From Mytilus edulis (lineage: Eukaryota), in NCBI RefSeq assembly GCF_963676685.1, contig NC_092346.1, forward strand, positions 58,900,001-58,964,000: a stretch of 64,000 nucleotides of DNA, given 5' to 3'. Shown here one piece after another: positions 51,801 to 64,000 of the stretch. Below the pieces are notes generated by a model, which saw only the letters and a program-made list of their open reading frames with translations, was not told the DNA's origin and did not search any database. The position numbers and the translations under genes were made by a program. Within the stretch, counting starts at the first letter, position 1. Each line of letters opens with the position of its first letter.

Positions 51801-53538
51801 TCAGCGTGATGGCAAAACCAGTTGCGCTGTACATAAACGTTTTGTTGAATATTTTTCAGCCTGTACCACTTGTTACACCAATCCAAGGAGGATTATATCC
51901 CGGAAAAATGATCAATATAAGCGGTGTACCAAATCCAACAGCAACTAGGTAAGGATATTCAAGATAAGTTCAAATGATGAGCGACTATTTTCTCAGATGA
52001 TCAAGTTTTAAAAAGATCAACACTCAATGGACATTTCATTAATTAGTGGTAAAATAACTTTCGTGTCTTCCATGATGATTTATTCCAGTCTGTAAATGAA
52101 TGCATAATCATTGTATGAAATTTCTTTCTTGAGATGAAGTATTTGTGAGATTATTGACGTGACGATATACCTCCAATATCCTTCTTTCTACAGGTTTACA
52201 GTAAATCTACAGTGTGGTGCTTATGAAGGATCAGACATAGCTCTTCATTTTGATGTTCGATTTCAAGCTGGTGCAGATTACAACGTAGTCGTACGTAATT
52301 CCTGTCAGAACGGAAGTTGGGGTGCAGAAGAAAAACAACTACCATATTTCCCTTTCATGCCCAATGCTAGCTTTGATATGATAGTTCTTGTAGAACAGAA
52401 CCAATTCAAGGTAAGTGTAAGAATGTCATATTCAACTTGAAATAACTGAATATTTTATAATTTTACAGGTAACTATCTATATTTGAAATATAAATTCTTA
52501 ATTTAAGAGATTATGATACCGGTGTACATTTGAATCTGAATTTGCCCTTCACAGCCCCGTGAACACTTTCAACGTAAATTTACTACCAGTATCATTAGAC
52601 AAAACACAGCTAACTACATGTAAACCGCTAAAATAGTCCGCTAGTTGCTGTATTTTTACAAGCCAATAGGCAATATGTTACAGCGAATTGTTATAAACTA
52701 GTTGTGTGGTAACAACAGAAGTTTCGAACGACCAACGCGTCTGTGTCCCTTCTCAATCTACATAATTGGAGGTACTCCAACAAACTGAGCATGATCATAG
52801 TTGACATAACAACCTTGCTGCTGCGTATCCCTTCAGTTTACACAAAAACCTTAAAAAGGCACCTCTAGTTTACAAAACAACTGGTCCATACCACCTGCAC
52901 TTTACAAAACAACCTTGCTAAAGCAATTTCTCCGTTTGGCTCCAGTTTATACGACAACCTTTGCAACTGCTCAGTATGCCTTCATTTTACACAACAAGCT
53001 TTCTAAAGGAACTGCTACGTATGACTTCAGCTTACACATCAACCTCGATAAAGCAATTGCTTTGAGTGACTTCAGTTTACACAACAACCTTGCTAAAGCA
53101 ATTGCTCCGTATGACTTCAGTTAACATAACAACCTTGCTAAAGCAATTGCTCCGTATGCCTTCAGTTTACACAACAACCTTGCTAAAGCAATTGCTCCGT
53201 ATGACTTCAGTTTACATAACAATCTTTCTAAAGCAATTACTCCGTATGCCTTCAAATTACACAACACTCTTGATAAAGCAATTTCTTTAAAGCAGTTGCT
53301 ACGTTAGCATACAGTTTACACAACAACTTTGCTAAAGCAATTACTCCGTAAGCATTCAGTTAATATGCACTTGTAAATGTATGTCACATTGAAATGAATA
53401 TGATAACAACAATTTGTTTTACAGGTAGCCGTAAATAATCAACATTTATTCGCCTTCAGTCATCGTATTCCATTTCAAAGAGTGGACTCCCTAGTCATAA
53501 AAGGAGACGTACGTCTTAGTCAAGTACGCTTCCAGTAA
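45845..53538 (+). CDS. Tandem-repeat (bi-CRD) galectin, galectin-4/8/9-like, 9 exons, 357 aa
   Basis: Exons 45845-45874, 46609-46697, 47077-47284 (ALHFNIRF..VRNS..WGSEER), 49559-49687, 50481-50564, 50827-50940 (Pro/Gly linker), 51860-51948, 52194-52410 (ALHFDVRF..VRNS..WGAEEK), 53425-53538. All GT-AG, 1074 nt in frame. Confidence 0.92.
50180..50309 (+). mobile_element. Short retroposed fragment with 11-bp TSD
   Basis: ACAAAAGGTTT at 50169-50179 and 50310-50320 flanks the insert. Confidence 0.55.
52800..53362 (+). repeat. ~45-bp minisatellite in galectin intron 8
   Basis: CTTCAGTTTACACAACAACCTTGCTAAAGCAATTGCTCCGTATG units. Confidence 0.85.
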
Positions 53539-56422
53539 ACACTCATTGTACGGAGATATTTTTAAGTTAAACAGCTGTTGGTACCTTTTTGTAAACTTGG
53601 TTTCACACTTTTCAGTCAGCTTTATAGAAATGACACTTTTTTGTTATACAAAGTATTTATTAACGTTTCTTCTTTGTGATACAAAGGTATTTTTATGTTC
53701 AGCAATATTTTTCTATTAAAATTTGTTATTATTTATTTGCCTAATTTATTATGTTGCCTTTATAACTATCAAAAGAAACATTGTTTACAAGACATGCACA
53801 TTTGGTGAAAGAACTATCCATTTTACCAAAAAAAAAAACCCGATATGGCGAATAAATTCATGTACAACCAATTAACTTAAGGACAGACTTCAGAACTTAC
53901 CAGTAGAAATGAGTTTCAAAACTGTATCCAAGTAGTATTGCCTTATTTGAAGGCATTTTTGAGACAATAGATTTGACGAAGACATACTGTAATCACCATA
54001 CACTATCTGAATATTTAATTCAATACGATAAATTCCTAAAAAGGAGAAATATACAACACAAGCCACTGAAAAAATAATAAATGATAAAAATTAGAAGAGA
54101 ACTGTAGTGTATTGTCTCAAATTGAGATATTCTAGCGACGCAAAGTTCAATGAAGAATCGCTCTTTCAAAGAACTGAATAGAGTCTAAAAATATACCGAT
54201 TACCATTAAGATATAGATGATAATCATAGAGAAGTTTCGCAGGATAAGGTAGGTGCTAGAGCGGGCCAAAATTTATAAGCTCAAAAAGGCGTTTCAGGGG
54301 AAAATAATGGGAATCCCACGGTCGTACAATATGATATACAGCTCGGAAGTTTTTTTTTAAATATTATATTCAATGAATTATTAATTATATTCAGGAGAAA
54401 AATACATGAGTTGTAATATTGTGTGTATGATCATTTTAGCTAAAAGTTAAAACGATTAAAATATGCCTAAACGAACAGAAAGAATTGAAGAAATAAACAG
54501 GTTTAATCCACCATTTTCTACAAAAGAAAATGACTGTACCAAGTCAGGAATGTGACAGTTGTTATCCATTCAATTATTTTTATAGTAAACGGACAACCGC
54601 AACACTTTTGTTGGTAATAATACTGAAAAATTTACTTTTAACTTGTGTGTTATGGGCTAACAGTGATTTTACTTTAACTCAGTCTATCAGAGGCATTCCA
54701 ATGGGGATTCAAATAGAAACAAGAGTAAAGTACATGCTGGTGAACGAGAAGAAACTATGGGCTCTCAGGCAAGAGCCTGTGTCGCTCACCTGCATTTACT
54801 GTTGTTTTCGAAATCATGTAATATAAGAATAAAATCACAATTAATAGTGTTAAATACTATACCGTTATAATATTTAAGGTAATAACCAAACACTGCAAAA
54901 TTTCCTTAAAATTATTTATTCAGGGGCAGCAACCCTACAATAACTCCTTAAGGAGTCGGTTGAGAATTTTGGCCATGTTAACTCATTTGTAGATCTTACT
55001 TTTCAGATCATATTGATGTTTACTCGTACTATTTGATTCATGCGTTTAGAACTTTTGGCAACCCCACAGTTTAAATGTCTATAACATGCACGATATGACA
55101 AGAATAATTATTATCGCCTCAGTTGACAATGTTTTCTCGTGGTAACAATCTGCTCTATCACCCTCTCAGCTATGTGTTATTTATATAGTGTTACAGACGA
55201 ACGTTCACCTAATCTGATCCAATCAATTGATAACATGAGCGCAGCAAGAAATGGTCTTGTCTACGTTGTTATAAAAACGTTTCTAATCAAAATATTCCTT
55301 CTTGTCGTACTATTTAACACAATACGAGTTAAAGACTATGCTGGTTAGAGAATTTGTTTCGATATGACTTGTCATGAGAGCGTTAACCATGATAAAGATA
55401 AAGAAAGAGATATCAGTCTAAATTTAGTAGACTAAACATTCCGCATTTGAATTGATAACATTGTCTTTCTTAAAATAAACATATTGTATAAAAAGTTAAT
55501 GGATTCGTCATGGACAAGGAAAAATACAAGCAGATTAAAAATAAATTAAAATTTAAAAAAAAACGAGCTCTAATGTATATCTATGTCATCTATTTCCTTA
55601 CAACTTTAGGGGCTTCTAGAAAAACAACATTTTTGTTTTGTTTTAAAATTGTAAAACAAATATTTTCAAAGCTGATAATGTTAATAGAAAAACTAAAATA
55701 TATAGGGTCATAAACTTATTATTAAGCCGAACGAGTTGGTTCTTCACTCGGTTTAGTTTTATATCACGCTGAATTTCACCAACTAAAACGGTCTGGTACA
55801 TACATTTTTGTGACATTATAGGCTAATATTTTTTCATTTAATCTTCAAATTTTAAGTTTCGCACAGGAAACTGTAGAAGTATCTATATCTATTGTATTGT
55901 TGTTTATATCATCTATTCGGTAACTGAATGGAATACACCAAGATTTGTTTACCTTTTACAATTGTAATTAAACACCCAGTACAAAATACCATGTTATAAC
56001 AATGAATAGTAAATGAATATTATGGTCTTGTATTTCTCAAGTGTATTCGTAAACATGTTCCTGGGATTCTTTAAGTGTTGTAAAATCTTTACTTACCGTG
56101 ATAAACAGTCGTAATATTTATTTAATTATTTAAAACGTTTTTATTTCTTGACCCGACCATAACTACTTCCAAAATTAAAACACTAGTAATGGAATTAAAG
56201 ATAACCCTTTTTTTGTTCCGGAGTTATGACTTCATTTATTAAAACCATTCAACTTTATTATTCATTATTGTGAAAGGGAATTTAAAAGTATGTCAACCAT
56301 TACGTAAGATTATTGTCGAAGAAAGAAAGGATAATGACTGGATTTATGAGATAACGATTTATTCCTAGACCTATGTAACTTTTATTTAAAACTTGTATTA
56401 GTTATAAAGTTCAAGATTAAAA

Positions 56423-59400
56423 ATGAACAAATACGTGGTAGGGACCACCAAGGTAAGACCAGTTTCAATTTATGTTATGGTTCACTTTGATATTTTAATT
56501 TCTAACCCATTTATTTACTTTATGGAACGACCTTTTTGTTTATAGTTCCATACCTTGCTTTTTTCAATTGTAATTCAAAATAGCGTGCTAGTGATATCTG
56601 TGTTATATGCTTAATGCAATCAGGAATTATACAAACAAAAGTGAAAGAACAAATTTGAGCTCTTAACATTATATATTTTCCTAGACAATCATGAAATTAG
56701 AAAATTATCAAGGAATGTGTAAATATTTTGTACGGCCAAGTCTTGTCCGCTGAATGCATAAATAATTCGTTCATATTCCCTTTAATTTAGAAATTGCCAA
56801 AAGTATCTGCTTGTGTTGAATACCCCTAGAGGTTTATCTTTATATTGTTGTTTCATTCTCGTTTAAACCTATATCTATTATCTATTTAATCATATAAAAC
56901 AACAATTATCAACACCAATTTCAATTTCAATTCTTTATTACTTTAAGCACATTATGCTACTCAGTGCAACAAATACAAATACATTTCTATAACACAACAT
57001 GACATAATACATCAGAGAAGCAAATAAATATCAAGTATTGACCAATAACAGTTTGGTCCTATGATTAAGTGCATTAAACAAGAATTTACACAAATTACGC
57101 AAATCTCTTACATTTTCAGTGCTGAGAAGTTGCATTAATTTGAACGACGATGGACGTCTATAATAATAAGGTTTAATAAACTGTCTTCTTAAGTCTCTAT
57201 AGCATTCACATTGTAAAACAAAATGGAATTCATCTTCAGTGATATTCAAAGTACAAAGAGTACACTTTCCATCTAACCATGATAACGGCCTACTTCAACA
57301 AACAAATTATGAGAAAAAATCTAAGGCGAGTTAAATACACTCTAAAATTCATATGTTTAGTTAGATAGTTCTGTAAACATACATTATTGACAATATATTT
57401 ATGATTAATAACACTTTAATAGATGAAACGTTCAGTTGATCATTCAAAGTCTGTTTTGCTTGATCATATATCCTTGTTTTTACAAATAATAATAAATTTG
57501 TATCAATAATCAAATTGTGTTGGTTATACCAGATCTCATTTAAACCTAAGTTAAATAATAATTGTTGTAGTTGATAAATCCAACTGCTTCTAATATTACA
57601 GAAATTATACAGTTGTTCCCTGTAGCAGTTTTTAAGAATGCAGTTGCTTGTTGATTACAATTTTAACCAGTACTTCATTATTTTGTACATTCTAAAATAT
57701 ATCAAAGGATATCTACCCAATTCAAAATAAACCATAACATTTGTTGTACATTGTTTGACACCTAATATGATTTAGCAAAAATCAAGTTGTATTTTTTCGA
57801 TATTTGGAGCTTTATGGAATCCCCATATTTCACAACCATAACATAAAATACTGCTAAGTATCAAATAAATTCAAATATGTAAAAACATTCAAATACAATG
57901 ACGAAACCTTCGACTTTAAACCAAAAACAGCCTTTCTACTTTGCTCAGCTAAATGTTTTTGAGCTTTAACAAATTTACCGTTAAAATTTAACAGTACACC
58001 AATGTAACAAAATTCATCCACTATGTTAATAGCATTGCCATCATAATACCAAACTTCTTCGTCTTTTACAAAACCTCCGTTTCTAAATACCATAATTTTT
58101 GTTTTGGCAATATTTACAGTCAAACCCCATTTACAAGTATATATTAATAATGTGTCTAACATATATTGCAAGCCAATACCTGAATCAGAAAATAAAATCA
58201 TATCATCAGCATACATAAGTAAAAATAAAGACAAGTCTTGCACTTCATATGGTATATTACTATTACGTAGAAATTCAATTTCAACGTCATTTACATATAA
58301 CGAAAAAAGTATAGGAGAAAGAACTTCTCCTTGCATAAGACCAACTGAACAAACTGCTCAGAATAAAAACCATAAACTTTCACAAATAGTTTTACTGTAG
58401 AATACATTGATTTTAAAACAGTACTGTAGAATACATTGATTTTAAAACAGACAGTAATTTGCCTGTTATACCAACTCTTGATAGTTTCAACCATAAGTTA
58501 AGTCTGGTTACGGAGTCAAATGCCTGTTTTTAGTCAACGAAACAGCAATATAAACATTTTTTCCTGAAAAGTGCTTTCTGAACGAGTGTCAACAAAGAAT
58601 AAATTGCATCAACAGTGCTGCTACCCGGGCGAAATCCAAACTGCGCATCTGTACAGTGCATAGTATCAATTACCCGCTGTTGCGTCGAACATTTTTTTTT
58701 ATTTTACAGGAGCTTAAAAAAGAGACATTATATTGTGAGCAACTACTATGATGAAATTCTGATAAACATTTATTGTTTCATGATATAATTTTTTTTTCTC
58801 GCTTTAACAGCAAACCGGAAGAGAACTTAGTATGAAATTCAAAACAGTGTAGCTGTGGCCATTGATTGACACATTAAAATCATTCATTGACTGGGACAAT
58901 TTAGGTGAACGTTTGTATGTAACGACCAATGCTCACTATGTACTTTTTAAAGACACTTAAACTATGGGGTCACCAAAGGTTCTCAACACCTAAATAAAGT
59001 AATTCGAAAAATTAATCAGAAATAACACGATATTTTGATTTATATCAATTATATAAATCAAAACACAAAGGTTATTCCTGATTAATTTTTCGAATTATTT
59101 TATAATTAAAGGCGTAAAGAAACCTTTGTTGACCCCACAGTTTAAATGTCTATCGTAGGTACGTCATGAACAGTGGTTGTTACAGACAAACGTTCACGTA
59201 AATTGTCCCAGTCGATGGATGATTTTGATGGGTCAATCAATGGCCACAGCTACACTGTTTTGAATTTCATACTATTACAAACGGGATATTACATCATCAT
59301 TGTTTCGGGGATGTTGCTTATAGAGCCCGTAATTATTTACGGTTCATTTTAGTTTGTCGATCCTTTTCATTTAATTATCCCCAATGCTGAAAGGTTATCT

Positions 59401-62400
59401 TTCTAACACCACTGTAATACGACAACTATCCACCAAAGTCGATTAATAATGGACAACTAATTACAACAGTGAACAAACTACTAGTATTTACCGTGTAATC
59501 AGCTATAAAAGACAGCGACAAGACACAATGTGAAACAATTCAAACGAGTAAACCAACGGCCTGATTTATGACAAATCAATAAATGAAAAGCAAACATGTA
59601 ATATTGTGGATTTGGTGTTTCTCTTTCAATAATTTGTCAGCATTCTATGGGAACGAACTGTATGCCTCTCCTTGCCGACCTCTTCTTATTTTCATACGAT
59701 TCGAAGTTCCTTTAGACACTTGTCAAAAACTTTTAAGAAGATCAAAGAAGCCAGATCATTTGATTTCACATGCAGATATATTTATAATGTTTATTCCGAC
59801 CATTAATAATCTAAACTTTTATGATTGGGTTCCAATTATATTCCAGAACTAGAAACTAAATAAACAACCGACGTGGCCTCCTCTGCTTATTTTTGGACTT
59901 TTTATACCTTGAATTTGACATAAGCGGTCATTTCAGTACCAGAATCTATGACAAACGAGAAGATTTAAACTGTGAAATTATCAATTATCACTGTCGGAGC
60001 AAAAAACTGGGTTTGTCAAAGAACGTCTAATCCATCTAAATAAATCATCGGATGATACCAATACTTTGTCTATAAATATCTTTGTATGTAAATTATTAAC
60101 TTTAAATGTTTAGTCCATTTTTGTTAATATCTGTTTGGCGTGGCTCGGAACTTATGCATCCCGTCAATGTGTTGTTGCGCTGTGGTATTTTTTGTATTCT
60201 TGTCTTACATCTTTAATTATATCTATATGCCATTTTTGGGGTTTTTTTTGTTGTCATATTTATTTGTTTTATAGTGATCAAGATTATAACACAATATTGA
60301 ATACACCTGTACTTAGTCAGGAATATGACAGTTGTTGTTCATTTTTTTTTATGTGTTTTATCTTTTGATTTTGCCATTTGATTAGGGACATTTAGTTTTG
60401 AATTTTCCTCGGAGTTCAGTAATTATGTGATTTTACTTTTGACTGCTTTACTCCTATTTTTGACATTTTACCCATTATGTCTATTTGTCTCCTTCACATA
60501 GTGTTGTCAATATAATACAATTTTATGCGATTGTCATATAAGTGAGAAGTTTAGCTTGCTTTAAACCCATGTTTAATCCACCATTGTCTAAATATTAAGG
60601 AATTGCCTGTACCAAGTAAAGAATCTGACAGTTGTTTTACATTCGTTTGTTGTGTTTCAGCTTTTGATTTTGCCATTAGATAAGGGAGTTTTATTTGAAT
60701 TTTTCTTGGAGTTAGATATTTTTATTATTTCACTTTTTGCTGAATATAACTTTGACAAATCCTCTCTTTGGACGATATTGATTATTTTTTCTCATAACAG
60801 AATCCAGCTAGACTTAGACAAAGAAGAGCCATACAGATGGCACCTTTGGAAAGACTTCAACAGAAGAAAAAGGTTTCCTTTAAAATGAGAGAGGTATATG
60901 TATGTTAACGAAATGTTTTCAGCACATTAACATTCATCATAATAAACAAAAGTCCTGAACAAAAAAAAGAGAACCTGATTCGGTAGGAATTTACATATTC
61001 TGTAACTGAAAGAAGGAGGTATACTCAGTGCCATTAATTGGCCTCTGAAAATGTAGACATCATTTTTCAATTCTTTCAGTTCATGTTATTTTGACGATAT
61101 ATGAATGGATGATATTTTTGGTCATTGAACACATGCAAAATTGTCACCTATGCTATCACTTGAAAGTCCATCGATGGTTAATTACCCAAATGGTCTGACA
61201 TAATGGTTCATATTTTAAGTATGATCCTTAAGTATTATCAAAGCCTTACGAAAAGGACATCTCACTTACACAAACGTATTTGCACAATCTTTTGACACGG
61301 TGTGTTACAAATAAATTTCAATAGTACTGATGCTTATATATGAATATGAATAGACAACATGTGAAAATTTTTGTAATTTTAAAAGCAGGTTTTGTCGTTT
61401 TCTTGAAATAAATACATTTGAGGTCCAAAGTTCAAAATATAGTATTATTTACAGTAGTTAATATATTCATTTTAATAGCCCCCAAAAATTCGACCTTATT
61501 GCACAATCTCTGACATACCATATATAGCTAGCCCAATATAAATAATGTTCACAAAACCTGTTTAAACTAGAATAGTTTACTAGCCAATTTTGATTAAAAT
61601 ATACTGGTAATACTAAACTTTTTATTAATTATTAGTATATCTATTTTCATAGTCCGTTATGGAAGATATTCATGTTGTTGAAGAATGCCGCGAAATGTTC
61701 AGAAAGGAAATATATGTTCTTGGACAGGAGATACTTAAATTCAGAGAGATGTGTGAAAAAGAGGTAATTTAAAGTTTTCTTAATTCAAACTCCATTGCAA
61801 AAGATAACAGAGAAACACATAGATCGAAAAATAAATGACAAGGCCATGGCTAAAAAAGTATGAGACAAAAAGACAAGCAGACAAATAATAGTACACAAGT
61901 CAAGACACAAAATAGAAAACTATATAGACTAAGTAAGCAACACGAACCCACCCAAAAATTCAAGGCGATCTCAGGTGCTCTGGAAGGGTGAGCAGATCCT
62001 GCTCCAAATATGGCACCCATGTTATTACAAGCCCTGCTCCAAATATGTTACTCATGTTATTACAAGCCCGGTAAATAGTATAATTCGATAGGTTACATTC
62101 GTGAAAAGTTAATGGGATTGTAGTTACGACACGGAACATATTCGATATCATCCGAGAAACGCTTATTCCATAGCGGTCAACCAACATGCGAGAGAATTCT
62201 TGATTAATCAATGTAGATTTTTATGTTTTTCTTTTCTTTATTCAATATGCTTATTATCTGCACGTTTTTTTTTATATATAAATGTATGTCCAAATCAAGA
62301 GTTCTTATTATAATGAGTTTGTGTTCATCATTTGGTAAGTCATGTAGGAAGACAGGATATCTAAACCAAAAATTATCAGATTGAAAGTTCAGTTTTGTTT

Positions 62401-63146
62401 ATGTACCTTTGGTTAGTCTAGATTAAACTTAAAGATTTTATTTAAAACTAGTTTAACAGTGCCACGTGTTCAGTGTCCTTGTCCTAAGACAGGAATCTCG
62501 CCAGTGAATGGGAAGTGTCATATTATTATGTTTTGGTCTTTTTTTTTTAATTTGGTGTAAATGCAAATATTTAGTAGTTTCTGTTTCATCTATTCACAAC
62601 TTTAGGGATTACATAGAGCTTATTATAATGCATAGGAACCAGTTTATCGAAGGCAGTCTTTGAGCGTCTTAAAAATCAGGAACAGAAATCCTCAGCTGTA
62701 TTTGCCAAACTTCTAGGAATTTTTGGTCCACAATGCTCTTCAACTTCGTACTTATTTGGCCTTCTTAACTTTTATTTATTTGAACGTCACTGGTGAGTCT
62801 TTTGTAGACGAAACGCACGTTTCTATCCTTTTTTTCTATGATGAGTTTGTTTTGTAATGTTTGTCATTTGGTTACTATCTCATTGACGTTTACCCAATAT
62901 TTCATTTTATTCATATTTCTATAGAAACATATGTTTGATACACTTCCATTTCACTGACGTTTAACATACATCTTCTTTAATTTATTTATGACATTCTGTG
63001 GTTTTATAGCTGCAAAAATATAAAATAAAAATACACAAAGAATTGCATCAAAGCATGGCTGATGCTGATATAGAACAAGCAAGAAATGACGATACAGCAT
63101 TACTTGTCAAGGCAACAGATATTGAAACAAAAGAAGAGATGAACGG
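56423..63146 (+). CDS. Partial multi-exon gene, unknown helical/coiled-coil protein (continues beyond window)
   Basis: In-phase AG/GT exons: 56423-56452 (MNKYVVGTTK); 60801-60872 (NPARLRQRRAIQMAPLERLQQKKK); 61653-61763 (SVMEDIHVVEECREMFRKE..CEKE); 63010-63146 (LQKYKIKIHKELHQSMADADIEQ..MNG). Confidence 0.6.
56917..58655 (-). mobile_element. 5'-truncated, degenerate non-LTR retrotransposon (CR1/L2-group LINE)
   Basis: AQFGFRPG, QGEVLSPILFSLYVND, YADD, C-terminal EDEFHFVLQC. 3' AATAAA followed by a (GAAATT)n tail. Confidence 0.88.
58828..59274. mobile_element. Palindromic MITE with TAG termini (Academ-like)
   Basis: TAGTATGAAATTCAAAACAGTGTAGCTGTGGCCATTGATTGAC and its exact inverse, nearly a full hairpin. 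Eroded relative at ~55050-55230. Confidence 0.8.
59600..59990 (+). pseudogene. Degenerate Penelope-like RT fragment
   Basis: MGTNCMPLLADLFL and YDKREDL remnants. Confidence 0.65.
61800..62190 (-). mobile_element. 3' fragment of Penelope-like element
   Basis: LVDRYGISVSRMI plus the same 3' region as 39960-40300. Confidence 0.75.
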
Positions 63147-63251
63147 GTAAGACCGACTGATTTATAACAGGAGAAAAGGTATAAATTTATAAAAGGAAGC
63201 AAATTTAGCTTTAATACAAGAGATCATTTGTTTTATAGATAGAAATATGTA

Positions 63252-64000
63252 ATAAACAGCTGCGCCATGAGCGCATGATACGCCCGACGTCTTGTGTGGA
63301 AGTTTTATGCAATAATCATAAATAGTTTCTGAGAAAGTTTTAAGCAATAACCATATATTGTTTTTGAGACACGGCGGGACATGTGAAACCCCAAACCCTG
63401 TTTTATTTTTACAAAAAACTAAATATCACTAAAATAAAATTTTGAATCAAAACCAAAAAGTATACAGATCTTTAGATTAATATAACAAAGAAGTGTGTAA
63501 AGTTTTAAGCAATAATCATAAATTATTTTTGAGATACGGCGCGACATGTAAAAAAAACCTCCCCTGTTTAACAAAATACTCAATAACTCCAAAATAAAGT
63601 TTTGAATCATCACCAAAAAGTATACAGATCTTTAGATTAATATAACAAAGAAGTGTGTAAAGTTTTAAGCAATAATCATAAATTGTTTTTGAGATACGGC
63701 ACAACATGTAAAAAAAAACCTCCCCCTTTTTTTACAAACTACTCAATAACTCAAAAATGAAATTTTGAATCATCACCAAAAAGTATACAGATCTTTAGAT
63801 TGATATAACAAAGACATGTGTAAAGTTTTAAGCAATAATCATAAATCGTTTTTGAGATATGGTGCGACATGTAAAGAAAACCCTCCCCCTTTTTTTACAA
63901 AATACTCAATAAGTCAAAAATAAAATTTTGAATCATCACCAAAAAGTATACAGATATTGAGATTAATATAACTAAGAAGTGTTTAAAGTTTTAAGCCATA
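63252..64000. repeat. Helentron/pearl-like element with ~165-185-bp tandem repeats (runs off window)
   Basis: AACAGCTGCGCCATGAGCGCATGATACGCCC start. Repeated CACCAAAAAGTATACAGATCTTTAGATTAATATAAC units. Confidence 0.75.

Noticed and set aside
52915-53290. ORFs in galectin intron 8
   Set aside because: Minisatellite translations.

Overview
AT-rich, repeat-dense eukaryotic genomic DNA. The gene content (perlucin-like C-type lectins, tandem galectin) and repeat families suggest a bivalve, probably a mussel (inference). The most notable element is a 12.45-kb insertion (1326-13779) with 69-bp near-perfect terminal inverted repeats starting CACGGTG (RSS/Transib-type heptamer) and a 5-bp TATGT target-site duplication. 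Inside are decayed remnants of two convergent genes. On + is a RAG1-like N-terminus (CRxC, YCHN[C], WxPH, RING-like MLLDPV). On - is a RAG2-like kelch + PHD-like gene. Together these suggest a non-autonomous RAG-like (ProtoRAG/RAGL) transposon, read by eye from degenerate sequence. Host genes: an intronless BTB-BACK protein (16716-18770); a head-to-head pair of 5-exon C-type lectins with EPN vs QPD motifs and only 240 bp between start codons, the second having its exon-4/5' splice site amplified ~24x as a 51-bp minisatellite; a 9-exon tandem-repeat galectin (45845-53538); and two unidentified multi-exon genes or fragments. The rest is mobile DNA: Tc1 derivatives, foldback elements, Helitron/Helentron-type elements, Harbinger- and Kolobok-like MITEs, Penelope-like RT fragments and a CR1/L2-like LINE.
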